Shown in pieces: positions 37,101 through 51,024 of a stretch of 64,000 bases of DNA. Every line of letters starts with the position of its first letter. Position 1 is the stretch's first letter. The notes beneath the pieces were generated by a model, which had not been told where the DNA came from, made no database searches, and saw only the letters and a list, made by a program, of their open reading frames with translations. Location: NCBI GenBank assembly GCA_001643675.2, contig LSRY02000001.1, positions 372,001-436,000 of the forward strand, given 5' to 3'. Both the position numbers and the translations under genes were made by a program. The DNA comes from Monocercomonoides exilis PA203. Taxonomy: Eukaryota > Protista > Preaxostyla.

Positions 37101-37928
37101 TTTCAGCATAAACACCTCAACGATTCGTCCAAGAATAATCCCGTCTGAAAAATCATACGGCTGCTTTCCATCCGGAAAACTCATTTCCAGCACTGCGCTC
37201 TGTGCGAAGCGCAGCTCCAGCCCATAGCTGCGAAACTGCTTGGAAGCATCCCCCGTTCCTTGAAGCAGCTGCCCACAAACCTCGTTGAACATCGATGCCG
37301 AATCTTTGAATTTCGACTCCACTCGGAAGAGAAGCGGACGGCTGGCTAAAATGCCGCATGGGATGCGCAATCCGTCTGCTCCCAAATTCCCCGAGAAACT
37401 TGCAGATTTGCGCTTTTCATCATAAATCCTCGCCGAGTCCAGCAGCGCAATAAGTTGGAAGCATTTGACGCAGACCCCCTCAATGCTCGACACAGATCCT
37501 TTGAGAAACCTGTCCACAAAATATTGCGTCATTTCTCTGACCTCGCCTCTCGCCTCAGACAAATCACTCGAGCTCTGTAAATACGCTTTATCCTTCTCGC
37601 CCCGCATGCATTCTATCCCAAAGCGCAGCCACAGCGCATCATAGCTTCGGCAAAACGTTTGCGCAAGTTTCTTCTGCATGCTCAAACTTCGGCAAAAGTC
37701 TTCTCCATCAATCGCCTTGATCGCCCGCTGCTCAAACTTCCTGTTCATTATCGCCGTCATTTTTGCAAACCCCTGGCTAAACAAAATATTTCTCCCTCGC
37801 TCCAAATCGCGCGCATCGTAGCTTTTCTGCCACTTCGAGCAGTGGAACATCGATAGCATTTTTTGGATGCGCTCTTGAATTAGTTGCTGGAAATAGGATT
37901 TGCAGCGTTGATTGCAAAGACGCTTCAT
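28119..37928 (-). CDS. ASPM: ASPM/Abnormal-spindle homologue (CH domains, IQ motifs, C-terminal ARM-like region), multi-exon
   Basis: SYDALWLRFGIE (Asp-like motif); CH motifs DFSDGIILGRIVE, LVEWCN and SSGRLFCEMVHAYAP; IQ motifs IQSVARGWRVRR, IQTMWRKHFHR and IQRCFRNFMHR; C-terminal CCKSIVENGGAHALFRFLIGENRSEP. Spans ORFs 36003-37928, 35581-36252, 29123-35620 and 28119-29126. Confidence 0.8.
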
Positions 37929-38125
37929 TTTTCGAAATCAAAATCAACTGCGCTTTTTCGCCCGATGCAGCCGCCTCTCGCAGTTGCAAAAATAGCAATA
38001 TTTTTCAAAAATGATTAAAAAATTATGGATTTCTTTTTTTAATTTTTTGTTTGGAAAATGGCAAGATTGAACACTTTCATAAACTCCACAAATAAATGGT
38101 GAATCGATCCTTTTCTGTTCACTCA

Positions 38126-40552
38126 CACATGATAATCAGACTCCCTTTGAAATTTGCTTGTTCTCGCCAAAACACCAAACCGATTGCCCACCGAAAAAGG
38201 AACCAAACAGACTGATTATTTGAGATAATGTTTGATTTTTTCTTATAAAATGCAATTATTTTCTGTGGTGCAGAAATAAACAAAAATTCAAATGCCTCTT
38301 GCCAATTATTCGCATTGCCAAAATACCAGCCACCATTTGATTGTTCCACAACTTCATTTTTCACACTGGCAAAGGGCTTTCATCGGAAAAGAATGGCACT
38401 CATCTTTTCCTCTGGAAAAACAAAACAAAACAAAACAAAAAAGAATGCTTTTTCAAAATCCATCCATTTTTGTGAAAGCCTCAAAACAGCACTTGCCAAA
38501 TTTTGAAATGGTGCAAAAAACAATACAAAAATAAAAAAATTCAAAAAATAAAAAGAAAGAAAGAAAAGAAAAAAAGAAAAACACAGCTCCTTTCATTTCC
38601 TCAGACACTCGCAAAATAGTCTGTAATAACAATTGAAAAGTCCCCCAACTCTTTTCCGTTTAGCAAAGGGTTTGTTTCAAAAAAACTCGTAATGCTATCT
38701 TCGTATCCTTCTTCTTCCATCTTCTCAAATATCTTTCTTTTCATCTCCTTCCTCTCTTCCTCTTTCTCTTCCTCCTCCTCTTTCTCTTCCTCTTCCTCTT
38801 CCTCTTCCTCTTCCTCTTCCTCTTCCTCTTCCTCTTCCTCTTCCTCTTCCTCCCCTTCTTCCTTCCCTTTCCTTTTCATGCTTCTCGAAAGCTCTTCAAA
38901 AAATTCCATGCAAAATAATACCAAAATCTTTTTCTGTGTTTCTTGCTTCATTTCTTCCAACACAACATCAATAACCCCTGCATTCCATAAAACCTCTGCC
39001 CCCACGGCTTTGCAGCGTGCCATCGTTACAAAAAGGCCGATGCATCCTTTTCTAATTTTCTGCCCCTTCTCTCTTGCTGCTCTGCACACACAGACAATGC
39101 AACGAATCAGGCCAACACACTCTTCGCTATTCAATGCATGGCAATGGCAAATCAATGTGTCTGTTATTTCGATCCATCTCATGATTATGCAAATGCTTTC
39201 CTCTTCCTTTTCCTTTTCCTTCCAATCCACACTTGCAGCCAGCTCTTCCAATTCTCTCCTTGCTTCTCTCCCAAAGTGCAGCTCATTCGCAATCCCCTTT
39301 CCCAGTTTTTTATCCTCGACCAAACGACTAATCAAAAAGTCCCACGCCAACGAATAGCCAAGTCTCGTCAGGTTGCGACACTTTTCGTGATGCTCGATGA
39401 TTTCCGTAATCTCTTCCAGATACAGCTCTTTTTTCACTTTCTGCTCAAAATAAACAACATATCCGCAGATGTCAAATGCAATTCAAAAATATACAAAGAA
39501 TAATAAAGAAAAATAAAAAGATAGAAAAACAAAGAAAAGAAAATACATTCCGCTGCCAAATGCTGCTCAAAGCCAACAAAGCCATTTCCACTTCTTTTTG
39601 AACGTCCTCGCTTTCCTCCTTGTTCAGCCCAACTTTCAAAAGGCAAGGCACACATATCCCCAGAAGCCCCGGCAAAAAATCTGACACAAGCATGACATAA
39701 CATTCGCACAGATCAGCAAAATGCTTTTCGTCCTTATCTCCTTTCTTCTTCTCTTCTTCAGCAATCTTCTTCTTGAGTCGCTCCAGGAGCAAAGACCTGT
39801 TGAACTCCGAAAAGTACATGCACCCCGCCGCCTTGATGCGTCCGATGTGCTTCAGCAGCACTACCACTTTCTCAATTCCCACTTTCTTTTCTTCAATCAT
39901 TTTGTCCATTTCGTCAAACAGCTCTGTCTTGAAAATCGAACAAAACCCACACTCGTCCATCTCATCCAGCATTCCTTTCAGCTCTTCCATTTTATGTTCC
40001 TGCTCAATTTCCGTGCATCGCCCCAGCTCACAAATGGATTCTTTTCAAAACAAATGAAAAAAAATTCATATTCACCAAAAACGATAAGTGCAGCAATGCC
40101 CGCAAACCAAAAAATGTGTTTCTATTGTCCGTCTCCTGCGTCTTTTTGGAGTGTTAAAAAAAAACACAACAACAACAAATCACGCATTTTTGTGGTTCAC
40201 ATGGAAAATGAATTCAACAGCAGACAAATTTTGGCAAAAAAAATGAGAACTGAAGGCAATTAGTGAAATTGCAGCATCCATACAGCTGTCTTCAGCATAA
40301 GCATAATTACTCAGAAATGATGGAGAAATGCAATGATTTGTCAAATACAAATAATATTATGGCTGCTCCGTTTGTTTGTGGAGAAAATTCTATTTCGCAA
40401 AGAAACATCCATCTTCAACACAAGCATGTGTTGCATTTAATTTTTTTTTTCTTCAAGTCCGTCAGTCATTGAAAATTCGTGTCAGTTCGTAATTTTTTAT
40501 GAAATATTTTATTAATCACTGAAATTTTAAGATGTTTGTATTATTTTTATGA
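38126..40552. repeat. Left arm of the second inverted duplication (partner 61579-64000, which runs off the window)
   Basis: Identical ORFs in mirror orientation (39472-39990 vs 62141-62659; 38292-38534 vs 63592-63834). Confidence 0.93.
38601..39990 (-). CDS. Member of a lineage-specific helical multigene family (intron-split)
   Basis: ORFs 39472-39990 and 38601-39437 are joined by an AT-rich intron. Motifs DLCECY, EVEMALLALS, KELYLEEITEII and FEKMEEEGYED are shared with 41508-42818. Confidence 0.8.
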
Positions 40553-41507
40553 AACCTATGCGTTATACTGAAAAACAGAATCATTCATCAGCCAATTGGT
40601 CACTTGGTATTATTATTATTATTATTATTATTATAAATTTCATCATCTTTTTATTTATTTTCTCATTTTCTATATTCATTCGATTGACAATGTTTGCTTT
40701 CTTCAACAAAACATCATCAATCCATTTTTTTAATTCTTTCAATTTTCAAACCTTTTCATGTGATATTTATCATCTGTAATGGCTTTCTGTATTTCAATTC
40801 ATTTTTGCTTTAATATACCATTTTTCTGTGAAAAGTGTGATTCTTGTTATCTTTTCAATTCCGTACTATTTCGTTGAAACATTGACTGAATCCAATACTC
40901 ATCCAAAATATTTATCCACCACAGTTGTTGCGCATATTCTCTTTCCAAATTTTTAATTCATCTCTGTAATACAAAGATCATCCTCTTCAATAATTAGTCG
41001 GGTATCTATCAATGACTTTATTATTGAAATTCCGTGGTTGCTCAAATATTTAAATCACAAATCAAAATTCCAAAACAAATGAATCATTATCTAAAGCAAG
41101 CTCCCTCACATGAAATGATATTGCTGATAATGTTGGAAAAATTGGTTCGCAAACATCTTATTTAACAAAGAATATTTTCACTTTTTTGAAAACTATTCGA
41201 TCATTTAGACCATTATAAAAAAAGGCTCAAGTTTTTGACCGTTGTCTTTTTTTATTATTCTTTGTCAAAAATGTTTGCACAAGAAAATCAAGTATAAATG
41301 CACATTTTTCAAGCTATTTTTGAGTTCTTATTTTACATCTATTTCATCTAACGAAACATGTGTCCATTTGATGTGAATGATGAAAATGACTTGCTTTCTG
41401 AATACTATGTTTTATAAAAATGCAGGAAACGAGCATTTCAAAAATGTTAAACGGTATGCAATTGTTATTGAATTTATATCCTTGTATGTTGTATTTATTT
41501 TTCAGAA

Positions 41508-42818
41508 TTGTTTTGTGAACTTGAACATTGCAATGAGGATGAGCAGAGAAAGAAAATAGAAGAAATGAATGAAATGATGAATGAAATGAATGTTGATGAA
41601 ATCAAATCTATTTTCACAAAAGGACTATTCAATAAAATGAACAAAATGATTGAAGAAAAGAAACTTTCGATTGAAAATACGATTTTATTGCTGAAGCATG
41701 TTGGGTTTTGCAAAGCCCTGAAAAACTTGCATGATTATCGTTTTAGATATTCCTCGTTGAACAAACGAATGGAGGAGATGATAATTGAAGAAGAAGAGAA
41801 AAAAGAAGAAAAGAACGAAAGACTTTTGGTTGATCTTTGCGAATGCTACATATCTTTGAGCTACAACTTCCCTCCAAAATTACTTTCAATCTGTGTCACC
41901 TGCCTTCTGAAAGCTGCTTTGAACAAGGAGGAAAGCGAGGAGAATCAAAAAGAGGTGGAAATAGCATTACTGGCTTTGAGTAATACTGAATATAATGTAT
42001 GAACATTGTTATTTCCTTTTTGATATTATTGTTTTCTTATCTTTTATTAGGAAATTGATAAAGAACTATATTTGAAGGAAATTACAGAAATCATCAAATA
42101 TCAACAAAAACACAGAAATCTCACAAAACTTGCCTATCAATCTGCTTGGCAATTTTTAATATACAGATTCTTCAATGATGACAGCTTGGAAGAAGTTATT
42201 GTGAATGAACTGCATTTTGGAAGAGAAGCAGCAAGAGAATTGGAAGAGCTAGCAAGATGCATTGACTGGAAGAAAAAAGGAGGAGTGGAAATGAACAAAG
42301 AAGAAACGAAAGATGAGCTTATTTTGATGAGATGGCTCTGTCCATTTTTTGATTTCTTTCGCTCATGCAGATCATGGAATGAAGAGTTTGTTGAACTTAT
42401 CAGCAGCATTACAAAGGTGTTTAGAGCAGCAAAGAATAATTTTTGTCATATTCGTGATCAATGCATTCATACCTTTTTAAACGCAGTTGAAAACATGGCT
42501 GTGAAAATTGAAGACTTGTTGAAAAGTGGAGCTGTTGATGCTGTTTTGGAGGAGGTTCATCAATCAACATTGAATGAAGATACCGCATATGAATGCTTGC
42601 TATTCTTTCTGAATATTTCAGAAAGAATGAAAGAAGAGGAGGATGATGAAAAAGAAGAAATGAAAAGACGGTCAATCAAAATGGAGATATTTGAAAAGAT
42701 GGAAGAAGAAGGATACGAAGATGCCATCACAAGCTTTCATGAAACAACTGATTTTCTCAACAAAAAATGTTATTATCAATTATCGTTGAATATTTCCGAT
42801 TATTTTGTGAATGCTTGA
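41508..42818 (+). CDS. Paralogue of the same multigene family (intron-split; 5' exon uncertain)
   Basis: ORFs 41508-42002 and 42072-42818 are separated by a short GT-AG intron and carry the same conserved motifs as 38601-39990. Confidence 0.8.
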
Positions 42819-43302
42819 GGAATTGAGGATTTTTTTCAATTTGTTTCTATGAATTTTTATTTTTTCTTTTATTTTCTTTTTGATTTATTAAACTTTAAAT
42901 ACAATCTTTTATTGTTGTTATTGTTATTGTTATTGCTGCACTTGAAAAGAAATAATTGTTAAATAGACATTTCAAGTGATGTCTGGGTGATATTTTTGAA
43001 ATCATCCTTTCTTTCGAGTTTTTATCAAAATTTTTATCTCAATGTGATTTTTGAATATTTTGTGTTTTTGTTATTGAGACATCATAAATAATATGGATAT
43101 AACGTTGTCGTTCATTTTTTCAAACTCCCATTGAGATTAAAATTTTGAGCAAAACTTGAACGAAAGTTAGATTTCAAAAATGATCAGCCACATTTTTTTT
43201 AATGATTGCTTATATAATAAAAATTCTGATGTGAAAATTATCATTCGGTTCGTCAGAAAGCAAATTTTTTCTGTCAACAGTCACAAAGAAGTCCATGTTT
43301 AC

Positions 43303-43376
43303 TCAAACCTTCCCACTTATTTATGCTCTCAGAAAAATAAGAGAAGGAAGTGAAAAAGCCATTTTCTCTTTCAATT
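43303..43376 (+). mobile_element. Solitary, diverged 3' end (ITR) of a family-A YR element
   Basis: tcaaaccttcccacttatttatgctctcagaaaaataagagaaggaagtgaaaaagccattttctctttcaatt aligns with 23615-23688. Confidence 0.7.
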
Positions 43377-43844
43377 ATTTCCTTTGAAGAAGTTTCAGAT
43401 TGCAAAGAATTTACTAAAATGAAAGGTTGATTGAATACAGTTTATCAGTTAATTTCAATGAGATTAAAACGGTCAATAATCGAACAAAGTGATGATAAAG
43501 CAAACCATCTGGAATATTTCAGGAAGCAAAAGCAATCTTTTGAATATAATTGACTCAAATTATTGATTTAAAAAAATTGCATACAAAACATGTTTGTAAA
43601 GTTTTCCTGATAAAAATTTCATGAAAATTCAAAACAAACAGTAAATAATAACATACATACATAAAGAATAGTATAAAGCGAAAATTGTAAGAAAAGAAAG
43701 AAAGAAAGAAATGTTGGCAATTTGTCATTAGAATAGCTTGTGCTTAAAAAGACTCTTTAAATCATAGCGAATTTGACTCATTTAGAATACTGAAATAACA
43801 GGCAATCTCTTGCAATTTAGCCATTTCAAAAAATGATAAATTAC

Positions 43845-43932
43845 AAAAAAAAAAAAGAAAAAGAAAAAGAAAGAAAAAAAAAAAAAAGAAAAAGAAAAAA
43901 GAAAAAAGAAAAAGAAAAAGAAAAAGAAAAAA
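43845..43932. repeat. A-rich (GAAAAA)n low-complexity tract
   Basis: Directly visible. Confidence 0.9.
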
Positions 43933-44108
43933 TCAAAATGAAAACATATCATCCAAATTCAAGAATTTACAACAAAATAATAGATAATTCCAAATAAGAC
44001 AATTCAATAAGTCAACGCAAACAGAAATTAAAAACATTTTCTTTGAAGAATTCTCATTTTTTTTTCATCTTGGATGAAATGTCAAATCATTTGATATCTT
44101 TCTTTCAA

Positions 44109-46075
44109 CTACATTTCTTCTTCTTCCATATAGTCATCATCATCATCATAATCTTCTTCTTCTTCTTCGCTATCATCTTCCCATTCTTCACTGCTTTCAT
44201 CATCCATATAATCAAACTTGTTCTTATTTTGATATTTCACATACTCACTCGGCTGCATACCACCCACAATTAAATATTTAATAAGCCGTTCATATCTTTT
44301 ACATACTGTTTTCATTTCCCTTTCTTTGTCTTCTTCTTCATCTTCTTCCTCATCCTTTTCTTCTTTTTCTTCTTTTTCTTCTTTTTCTTCTTTTTCTTCT
44401 TTTTCTTCTTTTTCTTCCTTTTCTTCTTTGATAAGTTGTTTCTCTTCCATTTTTTCTTGATCTTTTTTTTCATACATCGCACAAACCATACAAATTCTTG
44501 GATCACATTTTGCGCCTAACCTTCGTTTAATTTGTTCTTCCCTTTTGATTTTTCGTTTTCGAATTGGAACATATGGCGCCATTTGTGCGTGCAAAACGTC
44601 CAGCACCCCTTCTTCTTCGCAAACTTCTCTCAACATTGCTGTCAATTCCTTGCGCAAAGGCTGAGGAAGACATTTATTTTCTATCATATTGTTACTCGGG
44701 TCTTTCCTGCAAACTGATTGTATCTGTGCAACAGAGGACAATGAAGCCCACCCGCCTATCAGCGCATCTGCAGCCTCCAACTTTAACTTGTCATTTGTTG
44801 CATCGCATAGCAGCGAAGCTATTCTGCTCATCACATCTCTTTTCATAAGTCGTGTAATTGACTCGTAAACTTGCCTTCCGAGCCATTCGCCAACGCATTT
44901 AACTGCACACAATTGGTATTTCCTAATCATTATTCGAATGCTTTCCTCTTCGCAAAATATTCCGTCTGCCATTTGCTGGAAGTTCACTTCACCAGAAGAG
45001 TAAATGTCATCGCAACTTGCATCAAAAAACTTGCTTCCCGGGAAAATCGCCTTCCAATCATCTTCTGTCCAATTTCCAAGCAAATACCCAAGCACTTTCT
45101 CAACAACATTGTCCAGTTTCCTGAACAAATAATCAAATGCCTTTCTGTGATAGGAAGCTAGACTCTGCAAACACTCAAATGCTTTTATTGCAATTGAGCA
45201 AACCGGTCCGTGCAAGTACACAGGAGGAGTCCAACAAGAAGAATTGCCATTGGACAAATCAGGAAATATTTGTGAAGAATCATTCGGTTTTGGAACTGGA
45301 ATAAATGATTCGATTGTTAAAAGATTGTTTTTTTCAACATAATTGTTCAATTTCATAGTAATATCTAATGTTGATGATCTTTTCGCTATTTCCAGTGCTT
45401 CCATAATAACTGAAGGAATGCTGTTGGATAGAAGACCATATAACCATTTTCCAACGTTAATTGGATCATATTCCCCAACGCACGCATCTATTCTGGGCAT
45501 ATAATTTAAATATTTGATTCACATATAAACAAGCAAAAGAATATCACACCACAATCAATTGATGTTTCTCGGAAATATGCAAGAATGAATAAACAAATAT
45601 CTTCATCTTCACATTTCCCCAAATCAGCCAGCTCATCTGCAATTTTATCTATCCTAAATGTGTAAAAAAACGGAACATACATAGCAATACACTTTGATGA
45701 TTCGGAAAGACGATCTATGCCTACGTGTAATTCAATTTCTTCAAAATCATAATAACCCTTTCTGCATAAATATCCAAGAACTCGAGCGGCCAAAAACTCA
45801 ATTGGTTTATCTAGATCTTCACACATTTTTTTCATCTTTTTCTTTAAACTTTTGAGCTTTTTGTAATCGAAAAAATGAAACTCATCCCGACCAATAATTT
45901 TTAGTAAATGATAAAATCTTATCATCAGTTTCTCAAGATTTTCCCCTTCTGTCAATATTATTTCTTTGTTAGAAAGAAATACATCAAAAAGAAATATAGT
46001 TTGGCGAGATATTAAACACAGCAATAATATAAACCTTCCAACAAAACTTTGAGCTCGTTTTTCGTATTTGTCCAA
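44109..46075 (-). CDS. Uncharacterised helical protein with EEK repeats and an acidic tail (probably two exons)
   Basis: ORFs 45506-46075 and 44109-45500 are adjacent, with a probable short intron. The EEEGVLD motif resembles the EEEGYED motif of the neighbouring family. Confidence 0.6.
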
Positions 46076-48899
46076 GTTCTTTCTTCGATATGATCTTTTT
46101 CTGCTTCTCTAATATTGATTGCATTCATCATTAACATTGTTATTTTTTCTTAGTCTTCCTTCAGTTGTGATCGAAAAATTGTTGAGTTTTGAGAAAAGCA
46201 AAAATTATTATGGTTATATTCTTTTTTCGCCGAGAACAATCAAGAACTTCAACACCTCCTTATTTTGGGAGTGAGCGCCATATTAACGGCTCAGTCTGAA
46301 CCTGAGTGACGTGAAGAAGATTTTCCCTTCACGTCCGTCACTGGAGTTTTTTCACGTCAGTATTTAAAAATTTCAAATTCGTTTGTTTTTTGGTGTCCAA
46401 TGTAAAAATTTTCTAAAAAAACATTCATTCAAAAAAATTATTAATCATATTTTAATGTATTTTCAAATTTTTTAATTTTTTTGTTCCATAATTATTTTTG
46501 CAAAATTTTCAAAAATCAAAGATCAGCGATTGGACATGACAGTTGTTTGGAAAATTTTTGATTTGTTTATTATTTTTTGATAAATTGCTTGACTCATATA
46601 TTCTGAATATATTGAACTTCAATATGAAAAAAAATAGATATTGACATGTTTGCTTAAATTTTAATTTTTGTTGTTTACGAAAAAGAAATAATACCATTTT
46701 CAATAGTCATGAAATGCAGTTTTTCTATTTAAGTTTGAGATAGAAACTTTAAGATTTGAAATGATTTCTATTTCTCTTTTTGTTCTAATTTTTCATCTAT
46801 TTAAGAAATAGAGCTACGTATTTCAAACAAGAAGTATTCCTTTGGATAAACAAAATTTTGTGGACTCATAAGGCGCTGAAGAAGGATTTTCTGTTTTAAA
46901 TAGAGAAAAAGGTTTGTTATTTATTTGTTTTACAAAATATGAATGTTTATTTATTGACAGCTTTTGCACTGATTTCAGAGCAGCAGATAGAAATGATCGA
47001 AAATGAATAAAAGCACTATTCCTTGTTATTCAGTCTGACTATCAAGATCGGACAGCGAATTCATAAGGAAAGTGTTCAGGATGAAGGGACTTGGAAGGGA
47101 ATTGGAGATGAAATTTTCTGACGAAAAACAATCTTTTTTTCACTAAGAAAGATGGAATTTGAGCTGAATGCAAAATTTTCACATTTTTCAGAAGAGCAAG
47201 AAATCGATTCACTTGATGGAGAAACAACTGATGGAAAGGATGATTGGAGATTCAGATGATGAAACACTTGAAAACAGAAGGAATTATGAAATTGACAAAG
47301 AAAACAGATACCAACTGAATAAAATATAGACATTGGCTTAAAAATATGTTTATAAGGTTTGATATTGTTATATATTTGAAGTAATTATTATTATTTTTTT
47401 TATAAGAATGCTGAAAGAGCGAAGGAATGGATGGCTTTGAAGAAGAAGAAGAAAAGCAAGGAAGAAAAATGAAATGAAGATTGATGAAATTCAAGATAAT
47501 ATGAAGATGCCTGGAATTAACCTTTGGCGAAGAATTTTTTTTGAGGAAAGAAGATTTCTTGTGAAAGAAGGGAAGCGAAAAAGGAAGAGACGGAATGAAA
47601 AAGGGATTTACATAGCTTTCCAATTTTTTGTTGGCGAGGGGGATGATAGAGCTGAATGTTTGATGGATTTGGAGGATCTTATTTGGCAGAAAAAGATATA
47701 TAAATAAAGAAGACAAAGTCCAGAAGAAGAGAATTTTATTGAATTTCTCTGTTGATATTTATTGGTTCTCATCTTCTCAATTTTCAACAATTAATCGTCT
47801 CATCCAATTCATTCATCATCATTACCATCTTCTTCTTCTTCTTCTTCAAATATATCAACAACATTTCACACAGCTTCTTCTTCATTATCCTCACACATCA
47901 TCTGATTGGATTTCTTCACATTCTGAGTTGAAATCAGAGATCATGAATGAAATGAAAAGGAAACAAGGAAATATGGGGGAAAATATAAACTTTCAAGCTT
48001 TATTTGCACAAGGCAAAGAAAAATTGTTTCACTCATAACTTTATTTCGCTTTCTCAGATTTCAAAATAAATTTGATTTTCAAATCTGCAAACAGGCATCG
48101 TTGAAATTAAAACATTAAGTTTTCCAACATTTCACGAATATCAAAAAATGGACCCATTCTTATTGAGTTTTTTTGATAAAAAAAAGTCAATGAAAAGTGC
48201 ATAATTTTTCAATGAAAATGCTTGAAGAGAAATATTTTGCCCCATATGTTGATGAAGGAAAACATAACAAATCAAAATGAGAAAAAGATGAATAGAAAAT
48301 GAAAAATAAGAAAGATGGTTGAATAAAGTGAAAGAAAACAAAGTTCTTGATCTAATAAAATATTTTGAAAGGAAATGTGGTCAAAAGAATTGAAGAAATT
48401 TTTGTGATGATAAATATTTAGTGAAAAAGGAGAAAAGAAGGACGAGAAGAGAATAACGAACCAGAAATGCATGCAACAGCGGAGCAAGATGAGGATAAAG
48501 AAATGATAACTGAAGATGACAATGAAGCAGAAACAGAAGAAATAGCTCCATTACTGTTTGCACTGAGCGGTGGCTGAAACAGAAACACTTTCAGAAGAAA
48601 AGAAGCTTTATGCAGTTCCAAAAGTCGTATAGTCGAGCTATTTTTGAACAACATTCTCAAAAATATCTACTGATATGGCTCTCTGAAACCTTCGTTCCAT
48701 TCACAATCTTCGTCTCCTTCGCCCGGCATTCCCCTCATCCCTCTGTCCAAATCGTTTCCATCCAAATTCTGCAGCCCATCCAACAGACATTACTTCTCCT
48801 TCTTCGATGGCATCCGCCCTTCATGCACTCTTCCCCTTCATTTGACTCTTGCATCCCCAAAGGATGCAGACGAAATACGTAGTATTTCTTATTCATTTC

Positions 48900-51024
48900 T
48901 TAAGTTGAAATAAACCATTGAATTCCCTGAATCTCCTGTGATTGCATATACCACTGTCGCACTATTCCCTGTTGAGAAGACAATGGAACTGAAACCGAAC
49001 CAGAACCAGAAGAAGAGCCAGAAGACGGATTCAACAGAGGAGGAAGAGACACATTCACTCCGCTCACTTCTTCTGCAAAAGTCATTCTCCTTCCTCCAAC
49101 ACTGCTGCTTTGCTACTCTCTCAGCGGATCCAAGTTCCTTTTGTCCTCTCTTGGAGTTCCTTTCATGGCGGACAAAGTTGGAGTGAGGTTGTACATCCCA
49201 AACGCTTTTCTCTCCTTCTCCTTCTGCAAAATCCTAATCTTCTGCTTCGCTTTTGCCTGTGCTGCTATCTTTCAGCGCCTGTTTCGTGGCCTCATTGAGC
49301 TGAATGCAACTGGTCAATGTTCGTTATTGCAGTGTTAACGCAGCAGCTGCTTAAAGCTGTTCAAAAGGCTGCCTCGCCAGTGCAAACAGAAACTGGTTCT
49401 CTTCGTTTCTCGCTTTTTCCAGGACAGGGCGGAACTGCTCAAGTCGTGTGGCTATTTGAATGCCACGCAACTTCGTCATGCGCTCAATGACACTCACTCT
49501 CAGTGGCTTCTTGCGGATGCTTGGCTGATGCGGGGCAATTGCCAGTGAGGAGGAAGATGAAGATTGAGAAGACATCGGAAAAGAAGAAGGAATTCCTTTG
49601 ATTTTTCCCAGTTGAAAGTGCTGAAGGAGAATGAGGCGATGACGGAGTGATCATAAGTTTTGCCTGAGTTTATGTTGGAAACAACAACATTAGATAAAGA
49701 GGATGAAGAAGAAGCATTCATAAAAGAAGTTCGACATGTTGAAGGGAAACATTGATACAAAAAGATCTGAATAACTTTTGAACTTGCTTCTTCATTATTC
49801 ACAGCAAATGAAGTTGAAGTATTCTGCTTTTCAATTGAAGAATTCCACTTCGAATTCATCGAAAGAGAAAGTTACAGAAGTAAATTCACCAAAATAACAG
49901 AATGCATCACATAAAGTTGTTCATCACACACACATTTCTATCCTTCTGCAATTTTTCCTTTGATCAGCAGAATCGTCAAAACCTGCAACTTGATCAGCGG
50001 ATGGATCTCTTTCCAGTCATGCAGGATGTCTCTCTTCTTTCTTTTCTCGTACGCCCTCTTCTGCAGCGCCAGGTGCCGCCTCACACGAGTACACACCAAA
50101 CACGCCAGACTCCGCTCGATGCTCCTACCCGCCACACTCATAAAGCCAATTCTTTCATGTGGCAACAAACACAGCTGGACAGGTAGCGGAGAAAGAGTAG
50201 CTGGAATTGTTGTCGTTTTTTCATGTACTAGCGGCTTTGTTCATTTTTCGCGATGAAGTCTTCACCGGACAGAAGCGCTTGCGGCACAGTCTCCATATGA
50301 GTGATACCTTCTGTCCATCACTTCCTTCTCTTAACTCCTCCTCCTCCAACATTCTCGTTCATCTCATTCATTGAGCTGTTTCTGCTTTCCAGCTTGATTG
50401 GAATCCTCACAAAATAACCTATTTACATCAACTGATGGAAGCTCCGGTATATTGTCTGCTTTCCACACTCCAGCACAATCCCCCTTGTGCCAGGGCACTC
50501 AAGCAGAGGGAAATCAGACGCCGATGCATTCAGCCGCTCCACATCACTCAGGTCGAGTCTGTAGTCGGTGCTCGTCCCACCTTCGTTCCGCAGCACAATC
50601 GACTGCATTGGTGCATCCACCTCGCCGATGGGCACCTGCTCCAGAAAATGCATCGCCGTCGTCTCTGCGCCTTGTCCACTCTCAAACACAACATGTGCAT
50701 CAGTTGGACTCAGCGTCTGGCACACGATCTCCAAAATGTCTTGCTTCCCAGCGGAGCAGCATCCAAATAGAATGGCAGGTGCAGCAGATTCTGCAGCAAG
50801 CGCATATCAGCCTCTATGATAAGTTTTTCGTCGTGGAGGTTGAATGTCTCCTCTGTTAGTGTGAGCTCGTAGGCAAAAATATGGTTTTGATAGTTAAATG
50901 ACAGCTTTTCCTGCAGAATCGTCTTTTCAGTGATCCAGCTGTGCTCATCCACACAGTTGTAGAGGGAAGGATTCTTGAGATTTCTCCAAAACATGAAACT
51001 GTAATTGCATTTGGCTAGATTCAA
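48900..51024 (-). pseudogene. Degenerate captured host-gene fragments; part resembles CFAP65 (CCDC108)
   Basis: Frameshifted coding-like blocks. HFLEQVPIGEVDAPMQSIVLRNEGGTSTDYRLDLS...DFPLLEC resembles a CFAP65 Ig-like segment; this is recognised from memory and was not searched. Confidence 0.5.
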
